DNA from: Azolla caroliniana
Lineage: Eukaryota; Plantae; Polypodiophyta
Assembly (NCBI GenBank): GCA_043228905.1
Contig: JBHGNT010000174.1
Location: 1 to 61,196, forward strand
Reading direction: 5' to 3'
Length of the DNA stretch: 61,196 nucleotides
Positions 12,534-24,277 of this stretch are shown here, piece by piece. Numbering within the stretch: the stretch's first letter is position 1; each line of letters starts with the position of its first letter. The notes below the pieces were generated by a model. It was not told the DNA's origin and searched no databases. It saw only the letters and a program-made list of their open reading frames with translations. The translations under genes and the position numbers were made by a program.

Positions 12534-15500
12534 CAATTTGGCAGGCCTGGTTCACGTTGTGCAACACAAGGAACAACGTAGGAAGAAACCCCCAACCGCA
12601 CCACGCGTTCTCAACTACCATCCCGCAGTGTCGAGCCAACCGAGGAAACTTCCGACTCCGCGCTCACAAAGCAATCATTGCCGGAGCCACCGGAGTCACA
12701 CCACTCGCCATTAACGGCACTAGACACCCAGTCGCACATAGGCTCTGTTCCCGTTGCACCCTCGAGCCCCCCCGAAGTTAACGAAGCTGAATACAATCCC
12801 TTTCCGGTGTTACCAAAAGACCTGGACTTCGACACCATGTCATAACCATATCCCCATTATATAGATTGTCCCGATGCGGAATCCCACATCCGCTCTTTTC
12901 TGTCCACTTGGCAAGCCAACCATTCAATGCAGCGTCTCACCACTCTAGAGATCGATGCATCCAAGATCTCGGAGTTCACACTAGCCCTCGATGGACCCGC
13001 TACACGGTGGTATTCCCACAACGATCCGAGGGAGTTCACGACATTCTAGGATGTCTACACCCACTTCCTTGGACTTTTTCACCGTGAGATACCCAAGCGA
13101 GAATTGCTCCGCCAATTCTACACTATTGCACAGGAACCGAACGAAACGGTTTCTTAGTTCACGCTCCGATTTCAGGATCTCTGTCGGCAACTCACGCGGG
13201 ATGTGTCGACCAATCATTTAAAAGAAACATTCCTTGCCGGACTCCGGGAGCCTCTACGAACAATGCTCGCCTTGACCGATTTTCACAGCAAACCATCAAG
13301 CAGGTGGTCGCTCGCGTCTTACCTTTGGACAGAGCACACCATAGCAATTCTTTCTCGATGGGCTCTCTCCAAAACACCTTGCCAACACAAGAAGAAACCC
13401 AGTTTAGGCAGGCTCTTCAATGCACAACGTGCTCGAACTCTGGCCACTTGGTCGTGGATTGCCCTTGGTGCACACTGCCCGATCTACCATTCTCAGGTAC
13501 ATACGATCGAGCGATGTGAATACAATATGGTTAATCGTAGAGCCTTTGCTCCTGTACGATAGATTGAACCACACCACGATCGCCCTCAACAAGATGATCG
13601 TCCTCCACCTCGGAATAGGGACGCCGAACGGTCGCGGTACAACGATCGGCATCACCGTGAAGAAGGTTATCGACCCAAGCCAGATCGCTTTCGCCAGGAT
13701 AACCAGTACCAACCTAAGGAGCTGCGTTATCGGTCAGATAATCGACCTCGACCCGAGGACAACTGCCACCGATATCGCAACGAACGTTATCATCCAGACA
13801 ACGACTATTATCGATATGATTACAACCTGGAGGATTACTATGAACCAAGATATCAAAGTCATGACCCTCCATGCCCCAATATTTGACAATCCCCCGCACA
13901 CTCCGAGTCTCTAGAAAACACTCCCCGCGCACAACCCTACGCCTCGTTGGCTTGAAAAGAACACCGCTGACAACATCAAACATCTCAGTTCGAGCACGGG
14001 GAATCCAACAACTCGGCACCGGTGACGTGCTTTAATTGTAACCAACCGGGGCATTATGCCACCCAGTGCCCAACAAATGATCGCAGAAAAGCACCTCTAA
14101 TAAATATCATTATGGCTGACGTCCAACAAGTCACCACCCAAAGTAACGCCCAGAAAACACAATGGGAAATACAGGACAAAGTCGGGCAAGCTGCCAAGCA
14201 ATGGATAGAGACAGAAAATCACGCAAACACCAATAAAATGCATACCGAGATGAAAGATATCACTATTTGTCCATCAGCCTCCTCTCAACCTACCGGGTCG
14301 ACAGACGATGACCCTGTTTGGCAAGCCCTCACAAGCTGCCAAAGCTCCATGCCCTTGCATAAGATTCTACAATTACTTCCACGATTGAAGGACATAGTGG
14401 TATCCCTAACAACCGGCAAAGAGCCAACCACCCTGCTAATACACCTTGCCAAGCCGGGCGTAGGTCCACCATTAATGAACTCCCAGAACCCCGCGGTTAA
14501 GCTCATGATCAAAGGGCGAGATGTTCACATCTGCATTGTCGATGGTGGCTCCAGTGTCAAAGTTATCAGTGAGGCCACATGTCATGACCTCAGCATCACC
14601 CGATGGGAGCCATGTCCATTCTGGCTTCGAATGGCGGATACCCGCTCGGTTCGACCAATGGGGTTAATTCCACACCTCGATTTTATCCTTGGAGGCCACA
14701 CCTTCACAATCTCAACGGTGATGTTACGCCTCGATTCTCTCAGTGCGTACCCAATACTGCTCGATCGTCCGTGGTGGCACACGACTAAGATTAAGGACCA
14801 CTGGCAGAGGAATATGATCTCGTTCCGACGCAATAAAACCAAGGTTTGTGTCATCACAAAGGAATGGATCGCTACACCTCAAGACACCACTCTGTTATAT
14901 GCCGAACGAGTCCACATGCTCGCCGGACTTGCCCATGAAGAAGTTGACCACTTCCTGGAGGAACATTCGACGATTGTCCCTTTGTTTGAAATCAATGTCC
15001 TCACGGTTGTTAGACCGTACGTATCGGAGCCAGCCACTGAAGAGAACGAGGTTCATCAAGAACCTGATCCAACGTTCATTGATGAATTACGGCATGCTCA
15101 CGATGCACCTGACCGTGAATTGGTGATTTCTCAATGAGTGAGGGCATCCAAACTAGAGGATATCAATCTTGGCTCCTCCATTGAGCCACATACCCTAAAA
15201 AACACAAAGGAACTATCTTGTGACAAACGTTCAACCTTGGTTGGACTACTCACAAAATGCCAAGATATGTTTGCTTGGTCATACAACGACATGAAGGGGT
15301 TATATCCCCAATACTATCAACACCAGATTCATCTTCAGCATGATGCACGACTAGTACAGCAACACCGCTACCGCATGAATCCCAATTACGCGGCCAAAGT
15401 AAAGGACGAAATCGACAAACTCCTTCAAGTAGGGTTCATTCGGCCAGTTAAACAGGCAAAATGGTTAAGCCCTATTGTCGTCATCCCGAAGAAAAATGGT

Positions 15501-16899
15501 CAAATACGGGTCTGTGTTGACCTTTGCAAGCTGAATGCAGCAACCGTCACAAATGCCTTTCCTCTTCCGTTCACAGATGGAGTGCTTGACGCGATGGCCG
15601 ACCATGAATATTATAGTTTTTTAGATGGTTTCAACAGGTATAATCAACTCCACGTGCACCACGACGACCGAGAAAAGACAGCATTCATAACAAAATGGGG
15701 CATTTTCGTGGTAGTCGTCATGATGTTCGGATTAAAGATGGGGTCGGCTACCGTCCAAAGATTTATCGCCGAAATTTTCGAAGATTACATTGCGGCCTTT
15801 ATGCAAGTCTTTCTCGATGATTTTGTCATGTACGGCTAGCAGATTGAGCACCTCGGTTACTTACGCTTTTGTCTTGAGCGATGCCGGCAAGTTCGGCTGA
15901 GCTTAAACCCTGCCAAGTGTGCATTTTACGTGACGAGTGTAGGCCATCTTGAATGCTCCAGCCCCGACCATAGCAAAAGCTCTCAATCGGTTTCTGGGCC
16001 AAATTAGATGGCACAATCAAATGTTGCGTTACCTGGCCAAATTCGTGACACCCTTGCACGTAGCGGTCCATCGGTTCTATTTCGATGGTCAGCAATGGCA
16101 GAAGACGCTTACTAATCCCTTAAGGTAATGCTATCACATGCACCGGTGATGCAACCTCCCAACTGATCACAACCCTTCCACGTTTTTGTTGACGTGTCGA
16201 ACGTGGCCATCGGGAGTGCCCTCATGCAAAAGACGCCTCCAAACTGGTATCAACCAGTATATTATGCTAGCCAACGTCTCTCGATAGCCGAGAAGAATTA
16301 TTCGACAATGAAACATGAGGCACTCGGCATGGTATACAATACAACAAAATTTCGACACTATCTACTCAGGCCGAAAATTTACATTCAATGTGGATCACTT
16401 GGCGTTACTATACCTCGTCAACAAGTAGGCACTAACTAGCCGATTGACACGGTGGATGTTACTACTCCAAGAATTCGAATTCGACATACACCATTGGGTA
16501 GGCGTGCAACATGTGGTGGCGAACTACCTAAGTCGACTCGAATCGGGGGAACCAACGGAAACAGTATATGATGATTCAAGCCCGACGGCTATCTCTTCAG
16601 TATTGATGCGGCCACAACACATACCAAAAGCAAGGACGAATGGATACATGACATGATGCACTTCCTAAACACCGGACTTCCACCCGACCATTTGACTTAG
16701 ATGCCAAGAAATGGTTGGCAGTCCGTTGCCAGAATTTTTGCCTGTTCGCGGAAACACTCTACTACAAGGGCTCGGACAACGGTGTGATAGTTCCAAAAGG
16801 ATGCAATCCTACGGAAAACACATTATGGAATCGCCGGCAGGCACTATGTCAAAGACACCACGGCTCGAAAAATTTGGCAAAGTGGGTTATGGTGGTCGA

Positions 16900-18856
16900 G
16901 GACCGGCAACTAGTCATCACACCCGAAAAGACAGTGGCAGTGGTTACCAACAAGGCTTTAGCCTTAACAGGACACATAGAGCAAGGGCAACCTTCCTGTT
17001 TCTTAGAGGAGGAAGTACTGACCTTCACAGACCTGCTGTTAAGTCTTACGAGCTTGGCGCAATCTTAAAATACGGCACAACATACGAGCTCATCGACTTC
17101 CTAGCTCGCCTCAAGGTTGCTGCCACAGCCCGCATGGCTCAAGATCATGCCGGACAACAGATGGTCGAGCGAGCATTAGCCAACGAGCTCGAATCAAATG
17201 AGGAGCCAAAGCTACAAAAAGTCGGACGCAAGCGAGTTACCAAAACATGTCGAGCACGGATCGAGCTACCTGAGCTCAACACGGCGTTGGTCGAAGTCTA
17301 TCGTGAACTGGAAAAAAACCACTCGCGTGGCCAAAGATATGGATGTCAGCAACAAACAGGCACGCAAACAGGCGAAAACGACCACGGAGTTATGGCAGGC
17401 CTCGGAAAGCCGCCTGACTGAGCTTCAACAACAGCTCCAAGAAACAAGCGGACCCAACCTTCTCGCGTTACCACCCCCTGGTTCCACTCTTATCAAGGTA
17501 TACACACAAACAGACGAAACACACCCTCTCGAACCTGTGGAGGAGTTCACTCAAATTGACAAGCCAACCGACTCTGTACTAGCCATAGTCGCGACCAAGG
17601 TCCCAACCCGCAACTATGATGAGGAGCTCGCAGTCCAAACGGCAATTGTCGACAAGGCCAAGGAGTGATACAAAGAGTCTAGAGCCAAAGCAGACCAACT
17701 CTCGGCACAAGCCACAAAGCGCAAGGCCGAATTCCAACATCTGCTAGACGCACAGACGACCCAGCTCCAGGCCACAGAAAAAAATGCCGCCACGACTCTC
17801 AAGGCCGTGTAGGACCTCGCAGCAACAAAGTTAGCGGAAGCAGAGCAAGAGCATCGAAGGGCACCTTGCCAAACATCCGACGAAGTCGTATCTTTAAAAA
17901 TGAACTCTCGGAACTCCAGATCCACTCAAGTCGGCTCCTTCACTAGTTAGATGAAACTGAGAAGCAACGAGCGGCATTGTCAGAGTCCCTTCACCAGTTG
18001 CAAATCTCCATGACCCTAGAACTCGAATTGCAAATCTCCACAATTCCTCTGACGCTACGACATGCATACACTAGAATCACAACTCGCCAACGTTACAACA
18101 TCGTGTGTGATCCTCAAAACCAAGCTCGAACGGGACGCAGCGAAAGGTCAAGATGAACTAAACACCGTCCGAGCCAAATATGAAATGGGTGAAGCACGAA
18201 TCAAAGCCCTAGTGACCAAGCACCGAGTACGGCTAAATCAGAAAGTCGAGGAGATAGTCACTCGAGGCTGGAATGAATGGTCGGCTCAAGCAGCCGAGTT
18301 ACAAGTCTTCCGAGCAGACGCCGAAAATAAGACAAAAGAGGGTCGTGGTTTCTACAAGATGGATGAGAACAACATCCAAATCCTCCGCAAAGACCTCACC
18401 AAGGAATTCCGCGCCCTAGCACAAATGCACACCACGAAAATCAGACACCTTCTTGAGGAATTCAACGACAATTAGATGTTGTTGAGATTAGATGTGGAAG
18501 CCTATGAACACTAGCACATCCTAGCTAAAAAGGAAGCATAAGCCGTCGCACATGCATCAACAGGCCATGTAACCAAGGAAGCCGCACAGGCACTGAATTA
18601 AGAAGAGGAACCACAGTTGAGAGTAGAAACAGAGAAAGTGGATGCACAGATCATCGAACCACATACAGAGGCAATGGTTCCAGAATCCACGAAGGAGACT
18701 CAAGACCAACAACTCGATATATCGGTCGAGTTACATGCCAACGAGCACACAAATGAAGACCCACCTCAAGAACTGACGTATCCACAATCAGAGGATATCC
18801 TCACAATTTTGGAAGAAGAATGGGGCTACCATAGCGAAGTTTTTTCAACTATATAG
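16900..18856 (+). pseudogene. decayed extra ORF (coiled-coil, E/K/Q/A-rich) of the Gypsy element
   Basis: Successive + strand ORF pieces 16711-17421, 17198-17668, 18062-18475 and 18617-18856 show heptad-like helical composition and no pol motifs. Confidence 0.7.
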
Positions 18857-18947
18857 CATTTCGATTTTTTTTATTTTTTCGATTTCTATTTTAGAAGTTT
18901 TGCTTTGGGGTTCGATGTGCAAGGAAATGTCCCACAGGCGTGCCAAG

Positions 18948-19547
18948 TGTTATCCGTGGGACAAAGGTTATGAAGTGTGGAACGTATCTAAAAGAAGCAA
19001 GTAGGTAAATGTAGGTGAAAAGGAGAATTGACCAAGCGTGAAGGAAGTAGTCGAATGAATTAAATGCAGCCGAGAATAAAAACCGGAAAATCAGTGAGGT
19101 GGTTGAAGCGTGCCAAGAAGAAACAGAAACTATAAAAAAGCGAGCAATAGTAGTAGGAAGGGAGCGTGGGTAAAGAGAGATGTCTATATAGCTTTAAGAC
19201 AGGGAGATACTCTTATTATACTAGGCAGAGAAAATTATATATGTATGTCTATTTTTCTCCTGTTAGAGGGAGTGAATAGAAATTTCAACCGTGAGTTGTG
19301 TAATCGTTTACGCAGTAATCTTATAATACACAATTGTGGGTCTATCTTCTCATGTCATTAAACATTCATCTTTACTATTGGGTTTTCTATCCAAGTTATA
19401 AGTATAAGTCGTAAGACCGGTTGTGGCCGGACATTTTCATAGTGAATCGGCCTGTTCGGCCTTATTTGTCTTTCCTACGTAACCACAATTCCTTGACCCG
19501 ATTACTCAGGAAGTAATCAAAGGTGTATCTCCGAAGAAGAGATAACA
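18948..19547 (+). repeat. 3' LTR (600 bp)
   Basis: TGTTATCCGTGGG...GATAACA followed by TSD AGCCT. Confidence 0.95.
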
Positions 19548-20345
19548 AGCCTTTGATAGTTGACGTGGTCGATCCGCTTCTGCCACAAGTCGATATCTAA
19601 CTCGATTGTTTGTCCTTTTGCGAACAAGGCAGTGCCTACGTCATTGGTGTTGATGATGAACATCCTCCTGTCCCAACACCCTTGCGCGATGATCTGACCC
19701 TCTTCCTCAATGAAGCACCCAAGATGTGTAAACCACACCTACATCCCTTGGTCGATGATCTGCGCGACCAACACCAGGTTCTTCATGATTGTCAGGATGT
19801 GAAGCACATTCATAAGCTTCCCTTGTTGTCTGACATGACTCAAGGGGACTTCTCCAACATGCACGATCGGGTGAGGAATGTCATCTCCGGTTTCGACAAC
19901 TCCCGATTTTTCCGGTTTTTCCAAATATGAGAACCACTCTTCATGGCTCGTCATATGGTTGGATGCTCCAGAATCAATGTACCACACTTCCTCTGATCCG
20001 GAAGTGGTCTTGTTCATCGAGTTCGCTTTGTGTTTCATCACAAAGGCTGGCCCTTTTCCAGTCTTACCGGTTGTGGATCCTTCTAATCCTTCTGTGTAGT
20101 GGGAGCTTTGCCAGTTCCCTTGTCCGGCCTTTCTAGATCCGGATTTATCCGAATCGGCACGCTTCTCCAGCAGTACCAACATTTCATGCATAGTTGCTCT
20201 GGTCGAGCTTTTCAGTAGGAAGCGAGCTCGCCATGCTTTTGTCCATATCTTCCCTCTTTTCGGTCTGTGCTTTCAGAAGTTAGGGTTCGTCTATGGAAAT
20301 CGTTTGTCGGCAATAGAGGTTCTCAACCCTTGCATTCTAATACCA

Positions 20346-21259
20346 TTTCAAAGTTAATGTGCGGAAGCTTTGACAAACCGGTTTACTCGGATAGCTACAG
20401 AAAATACACACAGGTTTAATGGAAGCTTGAATCACACGGATAGAGAACGGGAGAGACAAAGAGAGCAGAACAGCATAAGCTAAATTCAAAATAATAACAC
20501 TTTGTACATACAATGTGCTTAGTGAGCACTTTTATACAAGTCCTTTAAAGTATTGACATGTACTTCAATGCTCATACAAGCGACTGACACTAACTCCAAG
20601 AAATATGCCTACGTACTTGTTGTCCGCCGTAAGTGGACAAATGTAAATAATGCATGATAAAGAGGCGTATTATTATAATAGAAGCGTTGAAGTAACGCGT
20701 GTAACAGTTCACACGGGAAGCGTAACCGACTAGGCCCTATGTATATAAAGGGCATATGAACATTGTAAGAGCTAACGCAATTTTGAGCATAGTCGTTTAA
20801 TACAGTTTCTGTCTTCTCTTATCTCGGTCTCTAGAGTTTCCTGTGTTGCTATTTCTGTGTCAATACCTAGCGTAATTGTTTAAGATGAGTAAGTGTCGTT
20901 GTGTATTTACGCACGATAGGAGCTCGGTTGTAACCGTCTCCAAGTTCATGTCTTACCTCACAAATAGCCAATACACCATGACGTTAGACTACGATGTAGT
21001 TACGCATAGTACACATGGCCATTCCCTGTACCACGATCTCTTTGAGCCTACCCCGAAGGACTGAGGTTAGGCTGTGTTCCTAACCGATAACAGTACTAGG
21101 CTAGGATTGTGGACCTCTAACAACCTACCGGTTACAATCCAATCTGTCTCTTAGTTCCGGATAACGATCCAGATACCTATCCGGTTCTCCGTTTCGGATA
21201 TCAATCCGGCTCTGGCTTATTCAGCCGATCCGGATCCGGTTGAGCTTGTCCGCTCTACA
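20346..21259 (-). repeat. 5' LTR of the Copia element (contains a solo-LTR insertion)
   Basis: Adjacent to the PBS and homologous to 8135-8492. Confidence 0.85.
20618..21092 (+). mobile_element. solo LTR (475 bp) inserted in the Copia 5' LTR
   Basis: TGTTGTC...GATAACA termini. 5-bp TSD GTACT at 20613-20617 and 21093-21097. The sister LTR has the empty site CCTACGTACTAGG at ~8320. TATATAAA at ~20742. Confidence 0.92.
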
Positions 21260-24058
21260 AATTGTATTCGCAAAAAAAGAAGGAATTGCTAATGGACGAA
21301 TGCATTCAGTGATTGTAAGCAAACTTTGTAAAATGCAGTAAGTTGACTTAATCATCTTGTTGGTAGTTGATGAAACAATGAAGGTACCACTTTACTGTTT
21401 GATTCGTACTCTGTTATTAGTTGTCACTTTTAGATGATAGCTTGAAGACAGCTTTCAGGAAATATTATTGTCACAAAATGCATCATTTATATACAACATA
21501 TCGATGACAACTCTTATGCCACCTTCTCTTTGACATGAAAATTTGGTTTCATGAAAAAGCTATAATAAATTTATTAAATGGAAAGGTAAATCATTATAAA
21601 AGGTTATGCCCACACTTTTTGAGATGCATCACACTCCCTCGGTAATGAGCATTGATCAACTATTCGTTGAGGAGTCTCCCTACAAGTCACAACATCTCCT
21701 ACCCCTACCTTATATGATCCTAGTGTGGACACCGAAGTGTGGACAACCCCATGCAAAAGGGGCTAATAGCCTTCCACTTTGTAGAATATATAAATGATAC
21801 TTTTAATATGTTGTTACTTGTTGCTTTAATATAAATAACTAAATGTCATTTGATCCTCCATAACTAAATGAATCTCAACAACCATGCAGATTATAAATAC
21901 CAACAAAAGCTCCATTCAAAGTGGATATGATAATTCTAGAGATCATTGTGCACCCAATTTGATGAATACTAGCATAAGTTTCCACACCAATACTATAGAG
22001 AGAAAAATCATGAGTATAAAACACACATAAAATTGTCCATGCATTCAAAATGTTCTAAATATATCCATTCCAAGAAGGAGAAAAAAATTTCCCCTGGCAA
22101 TTTTTAGTATGCAAGTCACTAGTCATGCTAAAGACAAGTATGACAATGGGGTTGGTTTAGATTCCGAGAAAGAACTTCCAACTTTTTATGTTTTCATGTG
22201 AATCACGGTCTCTGTTACACAAACAAGGGTTTTGACCTTGAAACAACAATTTGAAGTTTGGATGTTCTCCTTTCTTGTTTCTTGTCTCTAAGCCATTTAT
22301 GGAGTTTTTTTCACGTACATCTTCTTCTCTATAAGGGAAAACAAAAGGAGTTAATTCATTATTTACCGAATCACAATGATTCTCCTAACAAGTGGGGTAC
22401 ATGCAATGCAACATAAATGGTTGAGTTATTAATGACTTTGTACTAATGAGTGCTAAACACATAAGGCTCTAAATATACCCTCTCATTGTCCTTTAGACAC
22501 ATTCATACGCAAACATATTTAAGTAAACCAAACACAATTGATCTAGTTATGGCTTTAATGATTCTCAACCAATTCTAAAATTTGTCCTTGAATTCCTTTG
22601 CACAATATGTCTCTTCCTTAGGCTAAAGATTTTATGCATCTAACAGTTAGCACTCATTTATGAAGATGGTTCAATTACTAAGTGTATACTATCAAAATAT
22701 CATGCCCAAGGGCCAAAAGGCTAGTCAAAAAGGTTGAATATTGTACATGCCAAGAAAGTTTCCCCAAAAAACTTATTGTCAACACATCTCTAGAAAGTGA
22801 GTCGAAAAGTCGAGAGACAATAAAAAGGTTCACATATGGTTGAATAAGTGTAGTAGTCAGACAAGGGTATCACTAAATATGTAGTTGCCTTCGACATAAA
22901 ATTATGGTATGCTACAAATGTTTATATGCATTCTATGATATATAGGATTATCTATTCTCAAAGGCCACACAAGGGTTTTGGTTTCTAAAAGTTCTTTTAG
23001 GAGAAACGTAATAGTTTACATCATCCTAAACGCACAATATGAAGTAGAACAACTAAAATCTTGTTTTAGGAGAAACCCTCTAGTATGCAATATCTCAAGC
23101 AAAAAACATGAAGATTTTTTCATATTATAAGTGCAATGTTAGACTCATTGCTTGAGACTCAAAACCATAACCATTGGTCCACTTGACCAAGTTACAAAGC
23201 ACATGCTCTAGCACTACACTATCATGCATGTTCATTTTCATATTGTAATGGATTATGTTGTTGGTTTATTAAATCAATGGATCGATTTTAAACATACGTA
23301 TGATACCCACAATTACAAATATGTCATACGATAGGATACCTTTAGATCAATAATTGGTTTTTATTATCTCCATTATTGCTCATTGTGGAGCCATCTGATT
23401 TTCTACAACACAAACAATGCTCGGTCCAATAGACACAATCGAGCGATCTGTACACGTAAGTACATGACATATATGTGTGCAGTTGTAATCAGGTCCTTAT
23501 GTGCAAGTTTACGTTAGAAGCCAAAGCAAAAAAAATGGTTTCACATTCTGCTATTGAATAATAGTAGCACATTGTGTTTTGGTGCAATTTGTCGAAGTTT
23601 CATAAGCATGGATTATGAGCGTTATGATGGAGAAGAGTGCATTATCGTACAATGGCGATAGTATACAATCGATCATAAATATAAAGATAGCAATATACAC
23701 ACACACACACACACACAAAGTGATAGTATACAATTGATCATTAAATATAAACATAGCATTATATATATACACAATTTCTTGTTGGTGTGCAACTACTTAG
23801 AAACCTAATCTCACATACAACCCAAATGAATCCAAATGTTTTATGTACATATATATAGTATACATACTAGAGGCCTACAAATTACAACCATACATGCATA
23901 TACATACATTAAAGTAATATGTACACAAATGCTCAATACAAAATACTGATAGCATGCAATTAATTCTGTGTCTTCATTCATTCATTCATTCTAGAGAATA
24001 AATAAATGTGTGTGTAGGAAAGGCATAGGAAGGTTGCTCTGTTTTCACACACAAACTG

Positions 24059-24130
24059 TATATATATACATATACTGTTATACATATATATTATATATAT
24101 ATATATATATTATATATACACATACATACA

Positions 24131-24162
<32 letters not shown>

Positions 24163-24190
24163 CATATATACACACATCCATACATATATA
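24059..24190. repeat. (TA)n/(TACA)n microsatellite upstream of the UPP-like gene
   Basis: Directly visible. Confidence 0.9.
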
Positions 24191-24277
24191 ATTTGATTAC
24201 TCTGTTCTTACCAAAGAGTTTGTAGATTGCTCTATTTCTTCCAAAAAGTTTGTCCATTACTCTGGTCGTACAAAGAA

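Larger units (their letters stand above)
11939..19547 (+). mobile_element. Ty3/Gypsy (non-chromovirus, Athila/Tat-like RT) LTR retrotransposon with both LTRs, TSD, internal integrase deletion and a 3' extra ORF
   Basis: Direct LTRs 11939-12533 and 18948-19547 (TG...CA). TSD AGCCT at 11934-11938 and 19548-19552. gag with CCHC knuckles, protease CIVDGGS (~14535), RT (15138-15839; VFLDDF), RNaseH (VFVDVSNVAIG, YYASQRL), integrase N-terminus to ~16895. Confidence 0.96.
8135..21259 (-). mobile_element. Ty1/Copia retrotransposon, decayed, interrupted by a Gypsy element and a solo LTR
   Basis: Homologous LTRs 8135-8492 and 20346-21259. Degenerate iMet PBS (TGGTATTAGAA on -) at 20335-20345. Protease WYIDSGASNHM (~19990), integrase (11170-11935), RT (9756-10568; YKARLVAKG, QMDVKNAFL), RNaseH (..QVANIFTKAL, ~9200). 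Confidence 0.93.

Noticed and set aside
18900-18945. tRNA-Arg gene
   Set aside because: Only the 3' ~17 nt and a displaced T-loop-like motif are present; there is no D or anticodon arm. Reported as a primer-site-like motif instead.
21260-24050. Gene in the AT-rich spacer before UPP
   Set aside because: No convincing ORF, exon chain or motif could be recognised.
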